From contig OZ360220.1 of assembly GCA_977017645.1 (NCBI GenBank), positions 157,914,001 through 157,978,000 on the forward strand: a stretch of 64,000 nucleotides of DNA. Reading direction: 5' to 3'. Origin of the DNA: Torpedo marmorata. Lineage: Eukaryota. Each line of letters begins with the position of its first letter. The first letter of the stretch is position 1. The notes under the pieces were generated by a model. The model searched no databases. It was not told the DNA's origin and saw nothing but the letters and a program-made list of their open reading frames with translations. The translations under genes and the position numbers were made by a program. Shown piece after piece: positions 25,592-36,558 of the stretch.

Positions 25592-28239
25592 TCATGGAGG
25601 TCTCTCTAAGGTAGATCTACAAGAACAGATGGATGGCTGTGTGTATAGTGCAAGGAAATGATGTGGCAATATGACTTTCTCTAACTGCAAACTGTTTGTA
25701 ATCACTGAAATTGTATTTATTTTATAATAGTCTCAAAAAAAATGAAGTAATTTCTTAATAAAAATGATAAATTAGTGCGGCACAAAACATGATGGTTAGG
25801 ATCAGTGCGAGGAAAGTTTGTCATTCGGGGTACATTGGTTACAAACCACATTGATGTGGGGATGTGCTTTTGCAAGGATTGCTCTTTGCTGCACAGACTT
25901 CTGCTTCGTTGCTTTGGGAACGTGAGGTGTAATGAGTAAAGTGAGTCGCAGTGGGATGCCACATGGCACCAGCTCCTGTTTCTGGTTGTTCATATTGCAC
26001 CCTTCCAGTTTTGGAAGCCAGCCACTTCCACAGAGGGAGAGCAGACATCAACATACTGTGCAGTGACAAATTGCAGAGTGGCTTTGGCAAAGCCCAGGAG
26101 GAATTTGATGCTTCCCATCAGCCGAGGGAATCCGACATTACACCTGGAGGAAGAGCAGGGCAATTAACTGAAGTTGTGTCTTTATAATCAAATTTAAGCC
26201 TGATTAGCTTGATCAATCCCTTTGGAAAAAACATTTTATAAAACACTTGGGATCAGTCATCTTTTTTATTGTTTTGAAAAATATCTCAAACTCAATAGTT
26301 ACAAATAGAAGATTCTATCATTTATCTTTTGTTGCAGTACTTTCACTGAAAATCTCAATTTTTTTATCAACAATCATGAACAGTTTCAATAGAATATGGA
26401 GTTGCTGGTAATTAATGTTCATTTAACATGTTTTGGTGCAATCATTGTGGTTAGAATGTTGTCAAGTGGCATGCTCAATAGGCCATACCTCCACTTGAAC
26501 GAAGGACTGCTGGATTTTCAGTGTATTTTGCATGAGCTTCAGATGGACTGAGCCTTGAGGGAAACTGACGCAGAGAATTGGAACCCTGTTCACCCTCATC
26601 AGGTCTGAAACCAGCTCAGTTAAATGGGACAATGCTACATTTTCTGTGTCAGCCACTCAAGCTATCAGCTGAGAGGCATCACGGCAATGCGAGTCGGGAC
26701 AAGTTTACTGATCAAAGCCACCCCAAACCGAGCTGGTGTCACTCCTAAAGCTTGATTCCATTGCAGGATGTAAAACACTTGAGAGGGGTGCTATTCCCCA
26801 GCTCTGTAACTGAGCACACACAGGAACGTTAGCATAAGGCAGCCAAAGAGACATGGTGCAGGAGTCCATAACATCCGTACAGGAAGATACGTTCATTTCA
26901 TTCATTTTTTGTGCCATTATCTTTTGCATAAAAGAATCACACTGTGTACAACAGTGTTATTTCAGTCCACACAACATATTCTTACAGAGTAGATTGTTAC
27001 TATGTTTAAAAATATTTTCTATTTTTGTTTTATTGTATTTATATCACAGTGCAAGGGCACTTCATTAAACAATAATAAAAATTCGGTTTTTTTGGTAAAT
27101 AGTGTTAATATTTTTCTTGATCAAAATTCACTGAAATTTTTAATCCATTGTGACAGATATGGTCCTCCCTCATTAGAATAAGCTCACGCCATCAGAAGCT
27201 TTGAAGCGAATCTTAGTTTATGTTGGGCTGAATTTGTTACACGATATTTAACAAGGAACAGCCTCTGCTGTCACTGTTGTCACACGCAAACGGTAACAGA
27301 GGACAAGATAACTAGACGTTAAAATAGTGAGGGGAAGTCATCCACATTGTAGCTCAACCAGGGGATTAGGAGGCCGTCATGCAGAGATTGGTGGCATATA
27401 TCGCTGAGATGGACAGAAAATCTCCTTTTGTGTTAGCTGTGGATGTTTTCTATGTACCAACACTTGCTGTGACCTGCCTTTCTGCAGACAGCTTCCTCAG
27501 TGTGAATGCGAAACAGGTAGCGGGTGGTAGTCGTCAGGATGGCTCACTGAATCAGATTAATTAGGAATGCTGGGTGTTTTGCTGAGAATATAATTCCAGA
27601 ACCTTGGAAGTCAAAAGAAGTATAGAATTAAAAGAAAAAAAATTAAATTTCCCAGAACATCAATAACATTTAGAATATATTTGCACATTATGAAAATGCG
27701 CAAGACTTTTAGTTTATGGTGTAATTCCTATTCCTTGTCTCTTAATGATAAATCGGAGCACATTTAACATTGACTGTTTCTTAATATCTGACTGAGTAGA
27801 ACTGCCTTTAAAACAACTCAGAACTAAATCTGTTAGCATAACGATGCAGTGCAGCGAGTGATGGTGCATGGAAAGTCATGCAGTGCTGGATCACCCCTGA
27901 ACACTGCATCTTTGAAGTTTTATACCAATAATACTTTTGAAGTGAAGATGAGTCCTTGCTTCCTTGAACACAATCCTGCAATGGTTTATTCTTGTATTTT
28001 TTTGAAAGCTTAGTGAATTGCCAAGAGTTTCTGTGATGGACTGCTGGCCAGCAGCCCATGATAAAATAGCACAGGTGCAGGACTGGATTGCGTTTACTTA
28101 TGATGTCAACATTCCTCTCTGCCTTCACCACCATGGCTAACCCATAGGTCTGCCCTCAGGTGAGGTTTACACCTGACTAGACCACAGCCAATCCAAACCC
28201 AACCAGTCTCCAGACTTAACCTGCAGGATGGGAAATAAG

Positions 28240-28575
28240 TAAAAACACAAAATGCTGGAGAAGCTCAGCAGGTCAAACAGTGACCTTTATGTAGCAAAGG
28301 TAAAAATACATAACCGACGTTTCGGGCTTGAGCCCTTCATCAAGGTATGAGAGAATGCCGGCAGGCGTCCGAACAAAAAGGTTGGGGGGAGGGGAGGGTG
28401 GCAAAGGCAGGAGATGATAGGTGGAGAAAGGAGGGAGGGGACAGCAGCAAAGAGGGGGAGGAGGGATGGCTTGGTGGGCCAGGGGGAAGGGAGGGGAGAA
28501 CTGAAAAGACAGGAAAGGGGGAGGGGAAAGAAAAGACGAGCAAGTTTAGCAGAAAGCAGAGAAGTCAATGTTAAT
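28240..28575 (-). mobile_element. Penelope-like element 3' fragment with 13-bp TSD
   Basis: TSD gatgggaaataag at 28227-28239 and 28576-28588; closely similar to about 47485-47805. Confidence 0.9.
28316..28343 (-). ncRNA. Minimal hammerhead ribozyme-like motif
   Basis: UUGAUGAA-GGGC(ucaa)GCCC-GAAA-CGUC: core variant, stem II and GUC triplet. Confidence 0.55.
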
Positions 28576-28789
28576 GATGGGAAATAAGATTTGTTATGAT
28601 TTTTGTTATACATTAATCAAGAACAGGGGGTGCAGGCAGTGATATGAAGCAAATCATCCTGACCAAGATAAAGAAATGAACTGAAGTGGCAGGGGGCAGC
28701 ATAATCCAAGCACAAATGTTCTATCAGAATTTGCACTTGACCTAAACCCGACACATCCAATCATATCCTGTCAGGTAGTCAGTCTCTGC

Positions 28790-29510
28790 ACTCATGAGAA
28801 ACTGCAGGTGCTGGAATCTAGAGCAAAAAAAGCCCAACCTGCTGGAGGAACTCAGTAACTCCGTTCTGTAATTTCCAGCAAGGCAGGAACATCTGCCATT
28901 CATACAGAGTCTGGGTCTGAGACAGCAATCTGGGTCAGTCTTACTTGCCCCTTGAGCCACTAACTCAGTTCATCAAATGTGGGCCACCTTCCGTGAATGC
29001 ATTAAAACAAAACTCGTTAATGACAATTCTTTGAAGAAGTTGATTTGCCAAATTATTGAACTGTTTCATTAGTACTTAACTACAGGGCCTATCACAACTC
29101 ACATTCATTTACTGATGAAATATCAATTATAATTCTGATGTGAATACTACTATTTTTAGATACATGAAGTGTCAGGTAGTCTGAGTCAGGTAATTGCCCC
29201 AGTGGGAGAAAAAGAATAGTTGACATTTCCGGTCAGAACCCTTCATCGGGACCGAGAGTGCAAAGGGGAGGTGGCCAGTGTAGTGAAGACAGGGGTTGGA
29301 CAGGGGCTAGTGGGGGACTGGTGAACCAGGGAGGGATGAAGAATGACGGACAGACAGTTGATTGACAGGTGCCAGACAAAGGGAGAAAGTGGCAAGTGGA
29401 AAAAAGGGGTCAGCTGGAGGGAGATGAGTCATGGATGGATGGGGGAGGGGAGGGGAGCTGGGGGGCTGGTGATTTGGAGTCAAAGGCTGCCAGTGCTGGA
29501 ATACAAAATA
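28790..29510 (-). mobile_element. Penelope-derived repeat interrupted by a 309-bp inverted copy of nearby DNA
   Basis: ctgcaggtgctggaatc..ctgctggaggaactcag stops near 28860 and resumes near 29175 (gtcagg..gttgacatttccggtcagaacccttcatc). Confidence 0.7.
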
Positions 29511-30253
29511 ATTACCACTTGAGCCAGATGCCAGAATGTGAGCTGTGGTCATCAAGGGTTACACGAGAGCTTCCCACTGTCGGGATAGCTTGGTGCTCAG
29601 TATAAGATGTGTTATATGGACTCAATGAGCTCAGCAGGTGGAGTTAGAACAAAGGGGAAGAGTTTCCACAGGAATTTTCCTGCTGCCTGTTTCAGCCCTT
29701 ACACCACTCCTCTGGTTTCTGTCAATGGGCGATGAGGAGAACCACTGTAGGCTTTACGGCGTTGCACCACAGCGTGCATTAGTGGAGGTATAACAGGAAC
29801 AGGTGACTCTGCTGCCTCAAACCTAGCTGCTGTGACCATTCAACAGACAATGAACGACCAATCAACATGAGCACAAAAGGAGATGAGTTCGATGCCCATT
29901 CTAAGGACCTAAAACAAGTTATTTCAGAACAGGTTAATTTTTTTCACTTCATGTATCTAAAAAAAGTAGAATTCACATCAGAATTATAATTGATATTTCA
30001 TCAGTAAATGAATGTGAGTTGTGATAGGCCCTGTAGTTAAGTACTAATGAAACAGTTCAATAATTTGGCAAATCACCTTCTTCAAAGAATTGTAATTAAC
30101 GAGTTTTGTTTTAATGCATTCACGGAAGGTGGCCCACATTTGATGAACTGAGTTAGTGGCTCAAGGGGCAAATAAGACTGACCCAGATTGCTGTCTCAGA
30201 CCCAGACTTTGTATGAATGGCAGATGTTCCTGACTTGCTGGAAATTACAGAAC
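28863..30253. repeat. Long inverted repeat with 309-bp arms (28863-29171 and 29945-30253)
   Basis: Arms are reverse complements; about 7 mismatches counted by eye, no indels seen. Confidence 0.95.
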
Positions 30254-30372
30254 CAAATGGGTTTTTGCAACTTTCCAGAAATGGCCAACATTAGTGGTAC
30301 AAACTGTTATAAGTGAGTGCCATAACGGGATTTGGAGTCATGTTATGCAAATCAGTCAAGAAATGTATTGAT

Positions 30373-30510
30373 GTGAAACACGAAAATCTGCAGACGCTGC
30401 GATTGTAGTAAAAACCACAGAAATGCTGGAGGAACTCAGCAGGTCTCGCAGTGTCCATAGGAGGTAAAGATCTATAACCAATGTTTTGGGCCTGAGCCCT
30501 TCTTCAAGGT
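30373..30510 (-). mobile_element. Short Penelope-derived 3' fragment
   Basis: Reverse complement of the 23225-23358 end. Confidence 0.8.
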
Positions 30511-31139
30511 TACTAAACCTGCAATCAAATAAATTGATTGCAAGTTTAGTAACATTATCGCTTTGGTAATGAGGGTGTTCCTCTGAGAGCCAGCACTGAT
30601 GATGGGTCGAGGTGCATCTTTTGTGTTATAACACAATATTTAAAATTTGATGCTGTACTTCAAAATAATTTTAATTAATGAAGCTGCATTAGTGATCAGC
30701 ACCACATCAGTGATCAGCACCCACAGACCTGTGCAGACCAGAACAATTTGGCATCTTTTCCTAGGTATCGGCATGGGATCTATAATTATAGTATATAATT
30801 ATACTATATATCGTAATTATAATTGGTGTTTTTTTTTAAAAAGTAAAAATCAGTCAAGCTAACCATTGTTGTCCAGTATTAGACAGTTCCTGCTGGCAAT
30901 GTGCAACATGTGCAAACAAGATGCCCACTGGTCACATGTTTAAGAGCAGTTGTCAGGCGGTTGCAGGAAGGTGACCAATGGGATAGTCCTGGGATGGAGA
31001 GTGTGAGGAAGGAAACAAGTCATCGCATGATACGGGCTCAAGATTCCAGCATTTGCATTCTTTGTGTTTCTTTCCAAATCCTTTTTGAGTATTCACCTAC
31101 AGGGGTCCAGGTAACTCACATTTCTTAACGGTGCCGTCT

Positions 31140-31400
31140 TGTTGGGTGATCTCAAGTTCCAACCGTCTGGGTACAATGTGGACCTCCGCTCCTGTCTGGA
31201 TGCTCTCACTGTTGCCTCATGGGTTTCCCCCGGGTGCTCTGGCTTCCTCCCACAGCCCAAAGATACACGTTAATATATAGGTGGATGGTAGAATTGATGG
31301 GAATGTGGGGAGAATAGATTACGTGATAAATTATTTGGGAAATGGGATCACTTTGTAAACTAGCATAGGTTCAACGGGCTGAATGGTCTGCGTCACATGG
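31140..31400 (+). mobile_element. V-SINE (HE1-like), degenerate
   Basis: V-domain gggtttccccgggtgctctggcttcctcccacagcccaaaga plus CR1-like tail gggctgaatgg. Confidence 0.75.
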
Positions 31401-31829
31401 AATTGTGATGGTCACAATCATATCTTTGCCATTTTTGTATTTGCCCAAACAGTTGGTTTTCACATTGCCTTTCATTTCTGAGCATCTCTCGGCATTGGGT
31501 GAATTTTCCAAGTCGTGCGGCAGTCACTGTAGAAAGTCTGGATTTGAAATAACTGCAGAAGAATTATTGAAAATTGACTTTCACTTCTTGATGTAACTTG
31601 AAAATCTTAAGGAAGTACACATCAAGTGAAAGGGCAGGAAGAAGCTGTGGCGGGGTCTGGACAAAATGCATACAATTCCTGGCAAATAACTGACAAAATC
31701 AGGAACTGGATATCAGATGTGTGGCCAGGCAGCATTTGTTTATTTTGCAATGTGTGGGCAGCTTCTATCTTCCTTGTCATTTGTGGGAAAATCTTCAGCT
31801 TGTCAGATTAAAGAGGACCAATTTTAGAA

Positions 31830-32445
31830 CAATGCACAGAAGTGCTGGAGAAACTCAGCAGGTCAGGCAGCATCTATTCAGAGAGCTACCCACTCCCCGT
31901 ATCAATTCTCAGCTTTTTTATTCTTCTACTCTCCCAACTGTATCCACCTATGACTTCTTACCTGTTAGCCTGTGCTCCTCCCTTGCCCCTTACTCCCTCC
32001 TCTCCTCTCCTCCCCCGACCTTTTTATTCAGGTGCCTGCCTGCTTTTAACTCAGACCTTGATGAAGGGTTCAGGCCCGAATCATTGGTTACCCTTTAATT
32101 CCTATAGATGCTGCTTAACCTGCTGAGTTTCTCCAGCACTTTTGTGTATTACACTACGATCACAGCGATTGCAGAATTTCCTGTTTAACACCAATTTTAG
32201 AATGTGGGATTGAGGCAAGTTTAATGTGTTAAAATCCTGTGAATGGCAGGAAGGGATCATTGTGAAAATAACTACTTTCCCAAACACAGGAGAGGCTTTA
32301 TTATCAGTTAAACAAGAAAGTCTGCAGATGCTGGAGTCGAGTGCAATACATAACTGTGCTGGAGAAATCAGCAGGTCACGCAGCACCCATAGGAAATAAA
32401 GGGTAACCAACATTTCGGGCCTGGGCCTTTCATCAGGTATGGTGT
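31830..32445. mobile_element. Cluster of Penelope-derived short repeats (inverted pair 31830-32190; minus copy 32305-32445)
   Basis: gctggagaaactcagcaggtc / cctgctgagtttctccagc arms; hammerhead-like cores near 32060 (+) and 32410-32437 (-). Confidence 0.8.
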
Positions 32446-32706
32446 AATTATGTTGGAGACTGGTTACGCACACACTTTATCAATTAAAATAATTCTCATT
32501 TAAATACGCAAGAAAACAATGGCAGCTGTATTGTTTTGTAATCATGAATGTTCCAATATGAAAATCGCATTTCATGTCACACATTGTTGAACTCCAGAAT
32601 GGTTTGAAAGCTGGTGTGCTGGTGGGTTGACTTGTTTTATCGGCAATGATTCTCCAGTTTTTTCTCTTCACTGAGTAAAATTAAACTTTCTTCCTGTTTT
32701 CTTCAG

Positions 32707-32832
32707 CATCGTAAGACCCACACGACACTACACAGTGTTCCTTTCCGAGGAGTCTTCTGATGATGAGCTTCACCATGAAGAGAACTCTATATCTGCCTTC
32801 TCTGAAAGCTTTCTCTTCACTCCTTTTGAATG
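32707..32832 (+). CDS. DENND1A: DENND1A 126-nt cassette exon (IVRPTRHYTVFLSEESSDDELHHEENSISAFSESFLFTPFEW), phase 2/2
   Basis: Strong pyrimidine tract and cttcag acceptor; weak GT donor (tg|gtctaa). Matches the recalled mammalian optional segment RHYAVFLSEDSSDDE..ESFFFSAPFEW. Confidence 0.85.
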
Positions 32833-34725
32833 GTCTAATGACTTCTTCTTTCATACTCTGTTGATTGAGAAATTAGTGCGTGACTGTCAGATTAAGTGTG
32901 TGTGTGGTTTGAACAGTATATAAATGTATAATGCATAGCTGTCTTAGAGTAAAGCAAGCACCATTCATCTATTTTTTTTGCTATCTTGGGTAGAATTATT
33001 TATTGCATTTCACTGCATGGCAGCTGTTTATGTTGCTCATACAGTAACAGGTTGTTGCAGATGTTATGCATGATCTTTAACTGGGTCAAAGTGCAGTATG
33101 TAAGCATGCAGACAAGGATTATTTCATGACAGCATGAAGACTTGGATGAGTTTGTCTTTTATCAACTGAGCCTTTAGTCAATAGGTCACAATAGTTTAGT
33201 TGTCTTTTATCTTAAACTATCAAAGAAAAGCCTTAATACTAATAAGCATTACTGCTTTTATTATTTTCATTAGTTGTGAATTTAAAGTGGAAATTCTTTA
33301 ATGTTTTCTCTTCTGTCTTATTGTCTGAAATACTACAAAAAAGTGAATGATATTTCGAGGGTCTAATTCTGCCTGTCACCTGAACATTTGCCAGACTCTG
33401 CCTTAGTTTGGAATTCAGACCAATGCAGAGCTTGTTTATGACGCATTTGCATCAGAAATGGTGGTAGGGCAAGGCTGGAGGCAGGCGATTTCACTGTCCA
33501 AGAGATGACAAAGAAATTAAAGTATTCCACATTGACCTCTGGTGAAAGCAGTGCCTTTGTGAAGGCACTATAAAAAATGTTAAGCCATTTATGTTCTGGA
33601 AAACAATTTAAAACTTTTCAAAGATCAGATGACTCTCAATATTCCAGATTGTTCTTTGGATTATTTTCATTAATTTTTTTCCATTTGCAATACTTCTCTG
33701 AGTCACTTCTATAACTAACCCAGCATATCACTTTCCTGAATTAAATTTTTGATATCCTACAAATTTCTGGAGAGGTGTGGAATAAAGACTTTACTCTTTA
33801 AGACAGCTCACATGTGAGGTCTATCTATCGAATGGAATGAAGTCTATATACTGCATTTCCCCTTTGAGTTAATAATATGTAATCATGATTTAAATTGTTT
33901 TTGATTTAGTTTTCACGATGTGTTAAACGAAAAGGATAGAGTGGGTATAATGATCAGATCCTTTGAGCCTTACTTTCCTTTCTCTCCAGTAAAAACATGA
34001 ATTGCATTAGTGGGATTGAATTTTTTTTAATGTCTTCGTTTTAGTGGAATGCAAAACCTATTGCAGAAATGATTCATGAGGGCAGGTAATGTGAATGGAG
34101 CCCAGCTAACGTGTAAGAATAGAATAGGCAAGTTTAGCAACTGTGTGCTACCTTTTTGGGAAAAGATCAAGGGTTCATTCTGCTGATGATAATGTTATCA
34201 TGGTTGATTCAACATCAGACTTAACATCATGAGAGACCAGCTACAGGTTATGAACCCTAGATTTCTGAGAGGGAGAACAGTAAACAATGCTCCATATGAA
34301 CCTGAAAGAAAACAGACTGTTTTAAGGACTGCTTTAAAATTAGGGATAGATTCAGAAAACAACATTTTGAAAAATAGTAAATAAAAAAAACAAGATTGTT
34401 TATTAAATATAAGTGAGCGTGTTTTGTTTTAAATAAATTGAACATCTCACTGGAACAATTCTAGATTAAGACTGAGCACAAATTAATACTGCAGCTGCAT
34501 CATATCTTTGGAATCCATAAAATCTGGCCTTAGAGCCTGCAATCAGCACTTCAATTCCAGACAGGGCATCTAACCAAGTGTGCTTTGTATTCTGTGCTCA
34601 TGAGATTTTGAATTTGTAATTCCCTGCTTTTTACAACTGACAATGTGAAATTCTTTAGGTAAGGTTGCTTGAATTTATTTTAGATACAAACCTAATTTGG
34701 CCTTTTTCTTTTACCCATTTACCAG

Positions 34726-34978
34726 GCCTCAACCATACAAAACTTTAAAGGAATCTGAAACTGCTGATAGTGAGGCATTGAGTACTGAGAAGAGACAAGG
34801 ACATGCCACTTTTCCCAACCTGTCGGTACCAGCCAGGAATATGGATGTGAATTTATTGGATGACCTTTTCAGCAGTTTTAAGGTAACTTCACAACATCAG
34901 CCACTCAGTCAAGCGAAGAGTTTGGAAGATCTGAGGACACCTAAAGAGGAAGAAATAGAAAATCCATTTGGATCTCAG
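34726..34978 (+). CDS. DENND1A: DENND1A penultimate coding exon, phase 2/0
   Basis: accag acceptor, cag|gtttga donor. PQPYKTLKES..NLLDDLF..QPLSQAKSLEDLRTPK matches human PQPYRTLRES..DLLEDVF..QPLGQAKSLEDLRAPK. Confidence 0.95.
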
Positions 34979-35899
34979 GTTTGAGCAATGATTTTGTGCT
35001 GTCCATATAATACAATTCTTCATTCTCCCAATGGCAGGGAGCAGACAAATCGCGTGGGCTGAATCTTGAAGGGTGCAGTGGATGGATTCAGTCAAATCCC
35101 ACCCAGAGGGAAGAAGGTCTCGGTCTTGCTTGAATATTGGACTTCTGAGAGGCATGTGTACTCTATCTGTCTCCTGCACTCCACTGAGTTCTGCAGCAGT
35201 TCCCAGTCTTACTGGAATTATTCCACATTACAGTGGGGAATTGGCCTCTGCGACCCTGTACAAGGTGACAGGATTAGGGAGTCCATTTGCTTCAATGGGG
35301 ATGCTCACCTGTGCAATGGAAAAAATAATTTATCTTTCGTTCAAAGATTTCAATGATTTCAGCACCACTTTGTACTTTCCATGAATTTTATTTAACCCAT
35401 TCTTATTGATTATTTGCATCAGATTGCCGGAGATATTTAAAAACTGTAAAATTCTCCTCAAGGCTTTGGCACTGGCAACGCTCCGCGCTTAGTTTGCCTT
35501 CTCTCAAAGCTGTCACACTGTTTGAGGCCGGGCTCTGCTTTTCACTACCTGAGACCTCATGTACCTCCACTTGGCAGGGATCTGGGGGATTGTCCTTCTG
35601 TGTCTGGACTGGGTGAGCACAGACAGGCAGTGAACTGGCCCTGTGTCTCCTTGTAAATGTTTTTAAAAGGGGTTTGACAAAAAGTGTATTTGTGCAGTGT
35701 AGGAACAGAATTGACAAAAAACTAATACAATAAGTAAAAAAAAAATACTGGGGATTATATGTTGGCGCTATAAAGATTGTGATTTAGGTGTGGGTTACCT
35801 GCAGTTAGGTGAGTTAAAAGATTAACTTTATCGTTCTTATCACAGAAACAAAACACAACCATGTTTCAAAAACTTAGCTTTGTCTGTTATCCAAAAGCA

Positions 35900-36380
35900 A
35901 ATGACTGCAGATGCCAACAAAAAAATGCTGGAAATCTGAAATAAACATGGAAACTGCCCAATAGATCAGGCAGCATCTGTGGAGAGAGACATGTTTTGGG
36001 CCAGTGACCTTTCTGTTGGATATTTCAAGTGTTTCTAAGTGAGTACTGAAACTGCTTCCTGATGAAGGGTTCTGACCCGAAACGTTGACCGTTCTTTTTC
36101 TCCCACTGATGCGGCTCGACCCACTGAGTTCCTCCAGCAGATTGTGTTTGGCTGTCTAACTGGATAACCAGGAGAAACACGTCAACTGCAAATGCAGGAA
36201 TCTTGAGCAAACAATGAGAAGCTCAGTAGGTCAGGCAGCATCCGTGGGTAGAAATAGTCAAGTCAGCGTTTCAGGTTGGAAGTCTCGATAAAGGGTCCCA
36301 ACCCAAAACGTTAAATGACCGTTTCTCTCCGTGGATGCTACCTGACCCACTGAGTCCCTCCAATTTCTCATTGTTTGTAA
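35900..36380. mobile_element. Cluster of Penelope-derived short repeats in alternating orientation
   Basis: Repeated ctgcagatgc / tcaggcagcatc / cccactgagt modules. Confidence 0.75.
36059..36086 (+). ncRNA. Minimal hammerhead ribozyme-like motif, sense to DENND1A pre-mRNA
   Basis: CUGAUGA-A-GGGU(ucug)ACCC-GAAA-CGUU: canonical core, 4-bp stem II, palindromic AACGUU in place of stem III. Confidence 0.55.
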
Positions 36381-36558
36381 CAGCATAACTTGGCTGTCAG
36401 ATATTGAATTTTTGTAATTGTCTAGTTAATGAACAAGTCAGTCTAATCCATTACCTTTAGGTAAATACAAGCCATTGTAAGCCTTCCAAAACCCAAATTC
36501 CACTGATAATGCTGCACTTTATGAATGCACGTTACATTTTTGTTGCATATCTTTGCAG

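Noticed and set aside
26010-26187. Good-looking acceptor (cacccttccag) as a possible DENND1A alternative last exon like human V2
   Set aside because: In the required phase 2 it gives only about 18 codons before a stop, with no recognisable similarity. The longer ORF is in an incompatible frame.
28863-30253. DNA transposon or MITE with long TIRs
   Set aside because: No TSD or transposase seen, and the left arm lies inside a Penelope-derived repeat that continues into the spacer.
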